Origin: Cenarchaeum sp.
Lineage (GTDB): Archaea > Thermoproteota > Nitrososphaeria > Nitrososphaerales > Nitrosopumilaceae
DNA length: 64,000 bases
NCBI GenBank assembly: GCA_965242695.1
Contig: CBDESU010000001.1
Span: 2,048,001-2,112,000 of the forward strand
Direction: 5' to 3'
Shown here in pieces: positions 1 through 9,877 of this stretch. The translations under genes and the position numbers were made by a program. The notes under the pieces were generated by a model. The model saw only the letters and a list, made by a program, of their open reading frames with translations, was not told where the DNA came from and searched no databases. Position 1 is the first letter of the stretch. Every line of letters starts with the position of its first letter.

Positions 1-472
1 ATCCTCTCAGGCTGGTTTTTTTGCCAAGTGCTTTATCCAGCTTGGGATGCCCAAAGATCCCTACTCCCCTGACGAAGTCTTTTCCAAACACTATGAATGG
101 AAGTCCCGTGTGCCTGCGCAGCTGGTCGTGGTTCGCGTCACTTGCCACGTAACAGGCGGCATGCGTCAACCGTCTCCGCTCTCTAACGGTCACCCAATTG
201 GCTAGATCGCCGCGCCTTATTCCCTTGTATTTTGCATCCTGAGACGGGTCAATGCTTTTGCCACCCTTGCAGTCGACAACCAGTGCATGGGACAGTGAGT
301 CGGACACGCTGACTACGTCGGGCGTTATTGAATTCCCCTCCAAGGCGATGCGTTGCTCAACGAGTTGTATTCTGAATCCGATCATGTGCAGTGTTTGGGG
401 CCAGCTGTTGGTGCTCATGCACAACCCAATGAACTTGTTCATTAGTCTAGTATGATCAGTCGCTGGCAGCAT
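1..472 (-). CDS. Putative PD-(D/E)xK-fold nuclease (partial, runs off window start)
   Basis: Hand-translated open frame missing from the ORF track: MLPATDHTRLMNKFIGLC...ITPDVVSVSDSLSHALVVDCKGG. It has a PD...DxK motif, and its start overlaps the end of the upstream ORF. Confidence 0.6.
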   Translation of the reverse strand, partial: MLPATDHTRLMNKFIGLCMSTNSWPQTLHMIGFRIQLVEQRIALEGNSITPDVVSVSDSLSHALVVDCKGGKSIDPSQDAKYKGIRRGDLANWVTVRERRRLTHAACYVASDANHDQLRRHTGLPFIVFGKDFVRGVGIFGHPKLDKALGKKTSLRG

Positions 473-1595
473 CTTCCACCTGCCTGCAGCGTACGCCGGC
501 GCCAAAGCGCGCCTGAAGGTTACAGAGAAGCCGCATGATTGTGTTGCCAGATCCCTGCTTGTTGAGGTACACGCGCATCATGTTGTCGGCAATTTCAAAA
601 TTCAAGGGATCGCCAGTGTGTAAGTCTACCGCTGCGACGCTGTAGTAGCCCGGTTCCACTTCGGATTCGAGGCCCCACAGCCGGAACGGCCCAGATGTGT
701 TGAAGAGGCGGCGTATTAACTGTTCTACGTCCGGTATCGTTCTATTAAATGTAAAGTCTAACGGTTCTCCCTGGTATATCCGCTTCCCATCGATGGGGTA
801 AACACCCAGCCTGCATCTTTCGATCGCTTCAATCGTTCTGGCGTACCGATTTTTCGATGCGCGTACCAGGTTGACATGATCCTGTATCGACTTGCCTCGC
901 TTTATCACAAAATATCCATCGTCGTAGACGTCATCGTGCACATAGTCATAGGCATCGTGTGCTTCGCCCCGCATTACACGGATTTTTCTGTAGGCGATCG
1001 TATCTTGAAGATGGTCGTTGTCCCTCAAGTAGCCTTCGATGTTCCGCGCCATAGATCCGTTTACTGTCAGATTCAGATCCTCAAGCGGAGGGGTGATGGC
1101 GCCACCATCGTCGGCAAGCCCGCCTGCAAAGTGCACGCCAAAGCCTTGGAACGTGTTGCCCCCGTCTTTGGCTATCGCATCAAGCACGGCGTGCGGCAGC
1201 CACATACGATCAAAGGAGGGCGGGCGCAGTTCAACAAGCCCGTCAACGGCCGCCTTCGCGTCCCTTGAGCTGTTGCAGGTGTGCAGTATAAAGAACCTCC
1301 TGTCGCTCACGTCTGCAAAGAACTCGGCCGGAGGCGCCGTGTCCCTGCGCACACGGAGTATCTTAATTTCGTCGACGCCTGTGCCGTCGATCTCCCATGC
1401 GGTGCCGTTCAATCCCCCGTGCGGCACAGTCCTGCCGTTTGTCTCTATCACATAGGATCCTAGCTCCCGAGGCCATCCCCGCCCCGAATCCCCGCGATCC
1501 TCACCCGGGGGCGAGGCGATCTGATCTTCCAAGTAGTCCATGAGCTGCTTCTTCGTCTGCACCTTGGGTAGATGTATGGGAGTTTGTACGGCCAT
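456..1595 (-). CDS. Hypothetical protein, first gene of a two-gene module with the nuclease
   Basis: Long globular-looking ORF with lower GC than the flanks. Likely start MAVQTPIHL (track ORF extends to 1709). C-terminal PFRLWG...VDLHTG...GNTIMRLLCNLQ. Confidence 0.75.
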   Translation of the reverse strand: MAVQTPIHLPKVQTKKQLMDYLEDQIASPPGEDRGDSGRGWPRELGSYVIETNGRTVPHGGLNGTAWEIDGTGVDEIKILRVRRDTAPPAEFFADVSDRRFFILHTCNSSRDAKAAVDGLVELRPPSFDRMWLPHAVLDAIAKDGGNTFQGFGVHFAGGLADDGGAITPPLEDLNLTVNGSMARNIEGYLRDNDHLQDTIAYRKIRVMRGEAHDAYDYVHDDVYDDGYFVIKRGKSIQDHVNLVRASKNRYARTIEAIERCRLGVYPIDGKRIYQGEPLDFTFNRTIPDVEQLIRRLFNTSGPFRLWGLESEVEPGYYSVAAVDLHTGDPLNFEIADNMMRVYLNKQGSGNTIMRLLCNLQARFGAGVRCRQVEDAASD

Positions 1596-2012
1596 CACTG
1601 CCCACCGCCCGCGGCCCCTGAGGCAGCTTGTCCTCCCGACCGCGCCATCACACGATCGGAGGCTTGCATCCCAGTGCAATCCGCCATCTCTATTCCCATC
1701 CTCGCTCACAGCAGCGCGTGTGGGGGATGATTTTAGTGTTGAGTTCGGGCGCAGCGCAGGGCAGTCGATTCGCCGGCGCCGCGGCGGGCCCGAGCGTGTC
1801 TAGAGAGTGCCGCGTGGTCGAGCCCGGCGTCGGAGGGCCGATGCGGCAGGTTCCGCCCGCAGGGGAGTACCGTCTGGCCGCGCCGGAAGCGGCGCGCCTG
1901 CTTGCCAGCTGTCGCCCGCACGATCCCGGATGCGGCAGGGGGCGCCTCCTAGCCGCGGGGTGGTGCCACCCTGCGCGGCAAGAACAGCCCCTACGGGACG
2001 CGCCGCCCCTCT

Positions 2013-2186
2013 CTACGTGTCGTACGTGGCCACCGAGAAGACGAACTGGATGATGAACCCGATCGTCCCGACCCCGCCGATGCCGAGCAGCACGAGCCTG
2101 AGGTGCTGCATGTAGTCGTCCTTGTCCGACTTTTTCGCCATCTTTATGGTGTTGAGCATGTTCTTGAGCGTCTGCTTGGGCCTCAT
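2013..2186 (-). CDS. secE: Protein translocase SecE/Sec61-gamma
   Basis: 57 aa, below the track cutoff: MRPKQTLKNMLNTIKMAKKSDKDDYMQHLRLVLLGIGGVGTIGFIIQFVFSV. Amphipathic helix followed by one TM segment. Confidence 0.85.
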   Translation of the reverse strand: MRPKQTLKNMLNTIKMAKKSDKDDYMQHLRLVLLGIGGVGTIGFIIQFVFSVATYDT

Positions 2187-2225
2187 TCGGGCGGGCTTAA
2201 TAGGGGCCGCTTATATCCGTTGCGC

Positions 2226-3059
2226 GTGGACCTCTTCGCCGCCCACGCCGGCGACCCCGCCGGCCGGCGCATGGCCGAGAGCCTCGCGTCCGGCATGGAC
2301 GAGGAGAGGGGGGCCGCGGGCAGGGGCAGGCTGTACAGGGGGCCGAGCTACGACGTGCTAGTCAGCGACGGGCCCGTCGTGGAGGCCGACTGGCTCGGCG
2401 AGGGGTCAGGCGAGGGCTGGGGCAAGAGGTACTCGGGGTTCGTATTCCTCTCCAGGCACGCCGCAAAGTCGGGCGTGCCGGCCCTGACGTGCCACTCTAC
2501 GGGCAACTTTGGCCCCGCCTCCCTGGGCGGGCGCGACGGGCAGGTCGCCGTGCCGTACCCCGAGATGCACGGCGAGTTCATGAGGCGCCTCCACGCGGGC
2601 AGGGCGCAGTTTGGCGGGTTCGAGATAACGATCGAGGCGACCCACCACGGGCCGACCGACCTGGAGCGGCCGTCGGTCTTCGTCGAGGTCGGCACGACCG
2701 AGGCGCAGTGGACCGACGATGCCCTGTGCGCGGCGGTCGCCGGGATCGCCGGCGGGGCCGCCGAGGCGGTCGCAGGCGGCGGCAGGGACGCGGCCGGCCG
2801 GCCGCCGCGCGCCGTCTGCTTTGGGGGGACGCACTATCCGAGGAAATTCACAGACGCCGTGGTCCAGGGCAGGTACGACCTGGGCACGGTAGTGCCCAAG
2901 CACGCCCTCGGCTCGCTAGACGGCCGGATGCTCTCGCACATACTAGAGAGGAACGCGCCGGTGGAGACGGCCCTCGTCGACGCAAAGGGGCTCGGCGCCC
3001 ACAGGTCCCGCGTCCTCGGCATGCTCGAGTCGTCGTGGCTCGAGGTGGTCCGCGTATGA
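2226..3059 (+). CDS. dtdA: D-aminoacyl-tRNA deacylase (archaeal DTD2)
   Basis: Motifs FLSRHA, LTCHSTGNF, EATHHGP, FVEVGTT, GGTHY. Likely GTG start at 2226. Confidence 0.9.
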   Translation: MDLFAAHAGDPAGRRMAESLASGMDEERGAAGRGRLYRGPSYDVLVSDGPVVEADWLGEGSGEGWGKRYSGFVFLSRHAAKSGVPALTCHSTGNFGPASLGGRDGQVAVPYPEMHGEFMRRLHAGRAQFGGFEITIEATHHGPTDLERPSVFVEVGTTEAQWTDDALCAAVAGIAGGAAEAVAGGGRDAAGRPPRAVCFGGTHYPRKFTDAVVQGRYDLGTVVPKHALGSLDGRMLSHILERNAPVETALVDAKGLGAHRSRVLGMLESSWLEVVRV

Positions 3060-3430
3060 GCCCCTCCGAGCGCGTGTACCGCGCGCTGTGCTCCGTCCCG
3101 CGCGGCACTGTAGTCACGTACGCCGACCTGGCAAGGGCCGCGGGGATCGAGAACGGGCAGCGCGCCGTCGGACGCATGATGGCGACCAACCCGTACCCCG
3201 GAATAGTCCCGTGCCACAGGGTCGTGCGCTCGGACGGGCGCATCGGGGGGTACATGTACGGCGCAGAGTCGAAGGCGGCCATGCTCAGGAGGGAGGGCGT
3301 CAAGGTCGACGGCGGCGGCAGGGTCGTCGGGTTCGACGCAGGAACGGCCAGGTTCAGGCCCGAGGCGGGCGCCGGCGGCGGCAGGGGGCGCGGCGCGGGT
3401 ACGGATCGGCGCGGTCGGCGGAAGCGCTAG
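3056..3430 (+). CDS. Methylated-DNA-protein-cysteine methyltransferase (MGMT family)
   Basis: VPRGTVVTYADLA...RAVGR...VPCHRVV active-site motif. ATGA overlap with dtdA. Confidence 0.9.
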   Translation: MSPSERVYRALCSVPRGTVVTYADLARAAGIENGQRAVGRMMATNPYPGIVPCHRVVRSDGRIGGYMYGAESKAAMLRREGVKVDGGGRVVGFDAGTARFRPEAGAGGGRGRGAGTDRRGRRKR

Positions 3431-4020
3431 GGCGGCGCGTCGACTACACCCGCAACAAGCGAGTACACCACGAGCGCCGCGTACGGCGCCAGCGTGACAA
3501 AGCCGAGGTACAGGCACCGCCTTGCCTTGAGCGCATCGTCATACCGCAGGGCAAAGTAGATGATCAGGCCGGCCATTATCCCTCCCAGCAGGGCCACGAC
3601 GTACCACCAGTTGCTTCGGCGCCTCTGGCAGCCGTCCTGCGCGGGCCGGGCGGCCGGCGGGTCGTCCGTGCCGTCCTGCGCGGGCCGGGCGGCCGGCGGG
3701 TCGTCCGTGCCGTCCTGCGCGGGCCGGGCGGCCGGCGGGTCGTCCGTGCCGTCCTGCGCGGGCCGGGCGGCCAGCGGGTCGTCCGTGCCGTCCTGCGCGG
3801 GCCGGGCGGCCAGCGGGTCGTCCGTGCCGTCCTGCGCGGGCCGGGCGGCCGGCGGGTCGTCCGTGCCGTCCTGCGCGGGCCGGGCGGCCGGCGGGTCGTC
3901 CGTGCCGTCCTGCGCGGGCCGGGCGGCCGGCGGGTCGTCCGTGCCGTCCTGCGCGGGCCGGGCGGCCGGCGGGTCGTCCGTGCCGTCCTGCGCGGGCCGG
4001 GCGGCCGGCGGGTCTGCCAT
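3427..4020 (-). CDS. Small membrane protein with N-terminal 13-aa tandem repeats
   Basis: (DDPPAARPAQDGT)x10 followed by RRSNWWYVV and two hydrophobic helices. Confidence 0.7.
   Translation of the reverse strand: MADPPAARPAQDGTDDPPAARPAQDGTDDPPAARPAQDGTDDPPAARPAQDGTDDPPAARPAQDGTDDPLAARPAQDGTDDPLAARPAQDGTDDPPAARPAQDGTDDPPAARPAQDGTDDPPAARPAQDGCQRRRSNWWYVVALLGGIMAGLIIYFALRYDDALKARRCLYLGFVTLAPYAALVVYSLVAGVVDAPP
3630..4015. repeat. 39-bp coding tandem repeat, about 10 copies
   Basis: Unit gccgtcctgcgcgggccgggcggccggcgggtcgtccgt. Two adjacent units share one SNP. Confidence 0.95.
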
Positions 4021-4221
4021 GCCGGCCCGCCCAACCCCTGCAATATATTCGGACGGCGACGAGCCGAGGCAGGCGATGGCGGGTTCCGCGCCCCGAATCG
4101 CGCCCGTCACAGGGATGCGCCGCCCGTCGGCGATCAGGCAGCTGTAACGTCCAAGAAGCGCCCGCCGCGCAGCATGCTGCGATTCCAGCCCGTCTAGGCA
4201 CGGGCGCATGCAAAGCCGCCG

Positions 4222-4848
4222 CTAGGCCTTGTCCGAGATGCCTTCGCCGACGTCGGCGTCGTCGTCGGCCGGCCCGCCGTCCGCGGCCCCCTCCACTTCC
4301 TCGCCCTGCGGCGGCGGCGGGGCCTGGGCGGGTGCATCCGCGGGGGTCGAGGCGGCGCCGGCATCCGGCTCTGCGGCCGCCGCCGCAGCGGCCCCGCCCG
4401 GCCGGCCCTCCTTTGCCTCGGCGATCAGCAGCCGCAGGTGGGCCTTGTTGCGGACCGTGTTGCCGCCGACCTTCTTGTAGAGCTCCCAAAACTCGGGGTT
4501 GGTGATCTCGGCCCTGTCCTTTGCCACCTTTAGCAGGTGCCGCAGCGCCCTGACCTTCTTTACGTACACCTGCTTCTTGCCGATGCGGGCGCCCGAGCGG
4601 CCGTGCTTCGAGCCGGCCTTTGTGCCGCGCTTGGAGCGCTGCAGCCTCTTGCGGCGGGCCCTGCCGCGCGACGTCCCGACGATCGGCTTTATCAGGATCT
4701 TGCCGGCGGTGACGAGGCTGCGCATGTCGCTGCGCGTGATCGCGTCGGATATGTCCTCTAGGTGCTCGGGGTCAAAGTAGATGCGGTGCACGCCGGCGCC
4801 CGTCACGCGCGAGACGAGCCGCTTCTTGGCCCGCAGGTTAACTACCAA
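4222..4848 (-). CDS. rpl19e: 50S ribosomal protein eL19 with acidic Ala-rich tail
   Basis: NLRAKKRLVSRV...ISDAITRSDMRSLV...GTSRGRAR. Confidence 0.95.
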   Translation of the reverse strand: MVVNLRAKKRLVSRVTGAGVHRIYFDPEHLEDISDAITRSDMRSLVTAGKILIKPIVGTSRGRARRKRLQRSKRGTKAGSKHGRSGARIGKKQVYVKKVRALRHLLKVAKDRAEITNPEFWELYKKVGGNTVRNKAHLRLLIAEAKEGRPGGAAAAAAAEPDAGAASTPADAPAQAPPPPQGEEVEGAADGGPADDDADVGEGISDKA

Positions 4849-5236
4849 CGGGCATCACCCTTGCGTTGAACACCCGAAACTTGCGCGATATCGCCTCGCC
4901 GGCTATCTGGATGCGCTTGCGCCTGCCGACGCCGTGCGCGATGCGGACGCCGTCGCGCGCGGGGTCCAGGCCGTCGAGCCCCGCCACGTTGTGCACCAGG
5001 TTGTCCGTGTACCCCGACGGGTGCAGGCCCTTTGTCTCCCTGGCGCCGCCGTACCCAACCTTTACGATGCCCGGCCGGCCGCGGCTCTTCTGCTTGCGCT
5101 GGTGGTTGTCAATGCCCTTTGGCTTGCGCCACGTCGTCTCGAGGCGCACGTAGCGCCAGCTCTCGGGGCGCACAAACGTGGGCCTGCGCCTAGACACCTC
5201 GTCGCGCTCCCTCATGAGCTTTCTTGCCACCGGCAC
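4838..5236 (-). CDS. rpl32e: 50S ribosomal protein eL32
   Basis: RPTFVRPESWRY...WRKPKGIDN...GLHPSG. GTG start inferred. Confidence 0.95.
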   Translation of the reverse strand: MPVARKLMRERDEVSRRRPTFVRPESWRYVRLETTWRKPKGIDNHQRKQKSRGRPGIVKVGYGGARETKGLHPSGYTDNLVHNVAGLDGLDPARDGVRIAHGVGRRKRIQIAGEAISRKFRVFNARVMPVGS

Positions 5237-5591
5237 GGGCCGCCGGCCCGGATTTTTGAATAAATAGCTAACGAGTAGGCCGGGGAGGGGCGCCGGCATG
5301 CCTGCCCGCGCCCTCCGCCGGCCGGCCGCGGAGGCCGCGCGCACCGGGACGGGGGCGCGCCGCGCAGAGGCGCATGTGCCTTGCATCCCCCCACGGCGCC
5401 AGTCCCGCAAGGCAGCGCCGCCGTGGGCCGCGGAGGCGCAGGGCGGGGGCCTTTGCCGCCCCGTGCCAGCTTCTCCCCCTCTCCCCCCCTCCCGTCCGCC
5501 GTCCCCTCCGGCGCCCGCCCTCCCCGGCGCGGGCATGCCCCGCCGCCCCCGCCGCATACCCTTTAAAGGAGCCAACGGGCGCGGCCCGCGC

Positions 5592-6254
5592 ATGGTAAGC
5601 GAGGGCGAGATCGCCGAGATGATCCGCGGGGCAAAGGAGACGTCCGGAAAGCGCCACTTCAAGCAGTCGGTCGAGATGATCATCGTCTTCAAGGACATCG
5701 ACGTCAAGAAGGGCTTTGCCATAAACGAGACCGTCCAGCTGCCAAAGACGAGCTCGCCGTCGACCGTCTGCGTCATGGCGTCGGGCGACATGGGCGTAAA
5801 GGCAAAGGCGGCGAGCGCCGACATGGTCGTCGATGCCGACGAGATCGGGCGCCTCGGCGCCAACAAGCGCGAGTCGCGCAAGTTCATCAACAGGTACGAC
5901 TTCTTCCTGGCCGACACGCAGCTCATGCCGACGGTCGGCAAGGTGCTCGGCCAGATACTCGGGCCCCGCGGCAAGATGCCGGCCCCCGTGCCGTTCAACG
6001 CCCCCATCGAGGCGTTCCTTGAGCGGTTCAGGTCGTCGATCAGGGTCAGGGTGCGCGGGTCGCTGTCGCTGTCGTGCAAGATCGGCGACGAGACCATGGA
6101 AGACGCCGACCTGGCCGCCAACGCGATGGCCGTCTACTCTACGGTCGAGAAAAAGCTGCCCAACGCCGACAAGAACGTCCGGCGCGTCATGGTAAAGACC
6201 ACGATGGGCAGGGTCGTAAAGCCGGCCGTCCAGGCCCGGGCAAGGGGCAGGTGA
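5592..6254 (+). CDS. rpl1: 50S ribosomal protein uL1
   Basis: FKQSVEM...LGQILGPRGKMP...VKTTMG. Confidence 0.95.
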   Translation: MVSEGEIAEMIRGAKETSGKRHFKQSVEMIIVFKDIDVKKGFAINETVQLPKTSSPSTVCVMASGDMGVKAKAASADMVVDADEIGRLGANKRESRKFINRYDFFLADTQLMPTVGKVLGQILGPRGKMPAPVPFNAPIEAFLERFRSSIRVRVRGSLSLSCKIGDETMEDADLAANAMAVYSTVEKKLPNADKNVRRVMVKTTMGRVVKPAVQARARGR

Positions 6255-6260
6255 CCCGCA

Positions 6261-7136
6261 GTGCGCGAGAACAGGGAGACGTACCCCGCCGCCAAGGCCC
6301 GCATGTACCAGGCCCTCCAGGAGGCGCCGCAGCGCTACAGGGTCGTCGCGCTCGTCAGGATGGAAAAGGTGCGCGCCTCGCAGATACTGCCGCTGCGCAA
6401 AAAGCTCGCCGGCGACGTCTCGTTCGTCAGCATAAAGGACAAGGTGGCGCGCAAGGCGCTAGAGGGCGTCAAGGAAAAGGTGCCCGGCCTGGCAGGGATG
6501 GTCTCAAAGCTGGCAGGCCAGTGCATGTTCATGTTTACGGACATGTCGCCGTTCAAGCTCAACGTCGTCCTCTCGAAGAGCACCATCATGCTGCCGGCGC
6601 GCGCCGGCGACACGGCGAGCATCGACGTAGTCGTCCCCGCAAAGAACACGGGGATCGCGCCGGGGCCCATGCTCACCGTGTTCAAGGACGCCGGCATCCC
6701 GACAAAGATAGACCAGGGGACGATCTGGATCACAAAGGATACGGTCCCCGTAAAGAAGGGCGGCACGATCGACGGCAACCTGGCCCCGCTGCTCGCAAAG
6801 CTCGACATAAAGCCGGTCGAGGCCGGCATACTCCTCGACTCGGCGCTCGAGGACGGCGTAGTCTACTCGGCCGGCGAGTTAGTCGTCGACGTTGCGGCCG
6901 TCAGGGACGGGCTCGGCGCGGCGCACGCAGACGCGCTAGCGCTGTCCGTCGAGGCCGCATACCCGACCGCCGGCAACATTCAGCAGATACTCGCAAGGGC
7001 CGCCCAGCGCGCATCGTCGCTGTCCGTCGAGGCCGCCATCATGACGGCCGACACCGGCGCGCCCATACTGCAGAGGGCGCACTCGCAGGCGGCCGCGCTC
7101 CTGGCCGCGGCCGAGTCCAAGGGCTACTCTGCATAG
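6261..7136 (+). CDS. rpl10: 50S ribosomal protein uL10 (P0)
   Basis: NTGIAPGP...GIPTKIDQGTIWI; follows rpl1. Confidence 0.95.
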   Translation: MRENRETYPAAKARMYQALQEAPQRYRVVALVRMEKVRASQILPLRKKLAGDVSFVSIKDKVARKALEGVKEKVPGLAGMVSKLAGQCMFMFTDMSPFKLNVVLSKSTIMLPARAGDTASIDVVVPAKNTGIAPGPMLTVFKDAGIPTKIDQGTIWITKDTVPVKKGGTIDGNLAPLLAKLDIKPVEAGILLDSALEDGVVYSAGELVVDVAAVRDGLGAAHADALALSVEAAYPTAGNIQQILARAAQRASSLSVEAAIMTADTGAPILQRAHSQAAALLAAAESKGYSA

Positions 7137-7391
7137 GCGGCCGGCGCGGCGCCGTGCCGCACCTTGGCGTCCGCAGCGGCGGCCGCAGTCCGCCGGACGG
7201 CGCGGCATCGTTTCGCCCGCGTCGTCCCGCCGCGCGGCCTTGCGGCGGCAGGCAGGGGGCGGCATGCGGCGCGGTGCGCGGCCGTGCGGCATCGAACCGC
7301 CGGCAGGCCCGGCGGCGCGCGGCCGGCCGCCAAGCAAGCGAAGTAAAAAGACATGCGGCGGTAAGTTGCCGCGTTTGTAGCGGGTCGATCC

Positions 7392-7709
7392 CTAGCCGAA
7401 CAGAGACGTGAGGCCGGCCATGGCCTGCTCTTCGGACTGCGAGTCGTCCTTTTCCTTCTTTTCCTCGGCCGCGTCGCCAGACTCCTCGGCCGCAGGAGCC
7501 GCCGCTGCCGGTGCGGCCGCTGCCGCAACCGCCACGGGGGCCGCCTTTACCGCCTCGTCAATGTCGACGTCTGCAAGGGCTGCCACCAGCGACTTGACCT
7601 GGGCCTGGTTCACCTCGGCGCCAGACGCCTGGACCACCGAAGAGACGCTCTGCTCGGTGACGTCCTTGTCTAGCTTGTGCAGGAGCAGTGCCGCATAGAC
7701 GTATTCCAT
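7392..7709 (-). CDS. rpl12: 50S ribosomal protein P1/L12
   Basis: [11 protein letters not shown]...Ala-rich hinge...AGLTSLFG. Confidence 0.95.
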   Translation of the reverse strand: MEYVYAALLLHKLDKDVTEQSVSSVVQASGAEVNQAQVKSLVAALADVDIDEAVKAAPVAVAAAAAPAAAAPAAEESGDAAEEKKEKDDSQSEEQAMAGLTSLFG

Positions 7710-8114
7710 GCCGCGGGCCGGCGGCCGGGAGTAATATAAAGATAGGGCGCGGGCGGCCCGGATCTGCCGCAGATGCCCGCAGGCCCGCGCAGCGCACAGC
7801 AGGCTTGCAGTCGAGACGCCCGCTCCACCGCAGCCCCGCGCAGGAGCGCATTGCCGCCGCCAAGGCAGCGGCCTCCAGAGTAGCCCTCCAAATCCTACAA
7901 ACAAGCCGAGGCGGGCCTGCCGTGAGCCAGCAGGCGGCGTGGGCGGCGATCGGACGAGGCGGTTCGCGGCGAGGGACATGCCTCGCCCCGAGCGCGACGC
8001 AGGCGGCACCGCCTCCCCTGCGGCGCAGCGCCAGCCCCCCTTCCCCTTCCCCCTCCCACCGCCACCCCATGCACAGCCCCGACGGTTGATATGGGGCGCA
8101 CCCGCGGGCGGGGC

Positions 8115-8747
8115 ATGCGGCTTGCCGAGTACAAGAGGTACAGGCTAAACTACAAGGCCTTGGAAAACAAGTTGATAAAGGCGATGCTCGGCCCCGAGGA
8201 TATTGCCAGGGCGGAAAGGATTCTTGGGATGAGGGTCGGCGGGGACGGCGGGGAGTCGTACTCGGAAGCGGAGATGGCGTGCCGGACAGACATGGCCCTG
8301 TGCGACATCAAGGACGAGAGGGGCAGGAACAAGGTGCAGGCGTACCTCGAGGACGTCGGGCCGGCCACGGAGATGGATCGCGAGATGCTCGAGATGCGCG
8401 CCGGCGCCAGGACGTCGCTGTTCAGGGTGGAGGCGTGCGATCCGCGCGGGATGATGGTGACGCTGTCCGACCAGCTGCGCGGCGGCCGCGGAGAGGTGAC
8501 CATGTACGACGGCGGAATTAGCGACACGGTCCCCGTCGGATTTTCCATATTCACCCGCATCCACGACAGCCCCGACACCGCCATGACATGGGGCACCACG
8601 TTCGGCTTTCGGACGGGCCTCGCCCCGGCGATGGTCAAAAAGTACAGGAGGATGAGGGAGACGCCGAGCCGCAGGGGCCCCGCCTCGCGGTTTGCGCTGT
8701 TCTTCAGGCTGAACCACAGGTACGGCGTACCGACCAAGTTCGTCTAG
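8115..8747 (+). CDS. Hypothetical protein, paralog 1 of 3
   Basis: Shares KV(Q/R)AYLED.GPAT, TSLFR, LSDQL and [11 protein letters not shown] with the two downstream ORFs. Confidence 0.8.
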   Translation: MRLAEYKRYRLNYKALENKLIKAMLGPEDIARAERILGMRVGGDGGESYSEAEMACRTDMALCDIKDERGRNKVQAYLEDVGPATEMDREMLEMRAGARTSLFRVEACDPRGMMVTLSDQLRGGRGEVTMYDGGISDTVPVGFSIFTRIHDSPDTAMTWGTTFGFRTGLAPAMVKKYRRMRETPSRRGPASRFALFFRLNHRYGVPTKFV

Positions 8748-8971
8748 CGGCGCGCGGGCGGATGCCGGCGGGCAGGGAGGCCGGGCGGCGCCTGGCCGGC
8801 CGCAGCCCCCCGCCCCGCGGCCGGGCCGCGGCGGCGCGAAAAAAGGCGCAAGCCACGCCGCAGCGGCCGGCGGCGGCGCAGAAGGTCGCACCCCCCCCCC
8901 CCACCTCCGTCCCCCACGGATGCGCCGGGGCCGGCGCAACGGTTGATATGTGACGGCTGCGCGGGCAGGGC

Positions 8972-9604
8972 GTGTCGCTTGCCGACCACGAGAGGGCCGC
9001 AAAGGTGGGCACTGACCTGAACACCAAGCTGATGTCCAAGATGCTCAAGCGCGAGGACATAGTCGGGGCGGCAGAGATGCTGGGCATGACGGTCAAGGGG
9101 AACGAGGTGGAAGTCTACTCCGACATGGAGATGGGCTGCATAATGGACGTTGCGCTTCACGACATCAAGGACGGCGGCGGGAGGAGCAAGGTGCGGGCGT
9201 ACCTCGAGGATATCGGGCCGGCCACGGACCTAGAGCGCGAGATGCTCGAGGCGCGCATCCGCGCCAAGACGTCGCTGTTCAGGATAGAGGGGCACGACCC
9301 CCGCCGGCAGACCGTAGAGCTGTCCGACCAGCTGCGCGGCGGCGGAGGGGACATCACCATGTACGACGGCTACCTGGACGTGGCGCCCGAGGAAGGGAAT
9401 TCCGTGTTCGCCCGCATCTGCAGAGGCCCAAGGACGTGCACGACCTCGGGCATCTCGTTCGGCTTTGCCGAGGAGGCCGCGCCGATGCTGATCCGCAGGT
9501 ACAGGGCGATGAGGGCAAGGCCGAACAAGAGGGGCCCCGCCTCGCGGTTTGCGCTGTTCTTCAGGATGAACCGCAGGTGCGGCCTGGAGGCCCCGCCCGC
9601 ATAG
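8972..9604 (+). CDS. Hypothetical protein, paralog 2 of 3
   Basis: Same motifs, intact frame. Confidence 0.8.
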   Translation: MSLADHERAAKVGTDLNTKLMSKMLKREDIVGAAEMLGMTVKGNEVEVYSDMEMGCIMDVALHDIKDGGGRSKVRAYLEDIGPATDLEREMLEARIRAKTSLFRIEGHDPRRQTVELSDQLRGGGGDITMYDGYLDVAPEEGNSVFARICRGPRTCTTSGISFGFAEEAAPMLIRRYRAMRARPNKRGPASRFALFFRMNRRCGLEAPPA

Positions 9605-9877
9605 GCGCCCGGGCGGTGACAGGGGGCGCCGCGGGCGGGCGGACAGATGCGGCACCCGGCCGGCCGGCCGGCCGGCCACAGGCCTCTCCCTGCCCGCTCG
9701 GCAGCAGGGGCCGCACTGCGGCATGGAAACGCCGCGCGGCGCCATTGCGGCCGGTTGCCGCCGCGGCAGGCCAGCGCCGCGCGCCGCAGCGGCGGCGGCA
9801 GGCGCCGCAGCGCGGGCGCCGTCTTCCCCGCCGCATCCGCCGCAACGGTTGATATGCGGCGCCTGCTCAGAGCGGGC

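Noticed and set aside
3630-4015. 39-bp array as a CRISPR array
   Set aside because: Head-to-tail units with no spacers, in-frame coding, and no cas genes.
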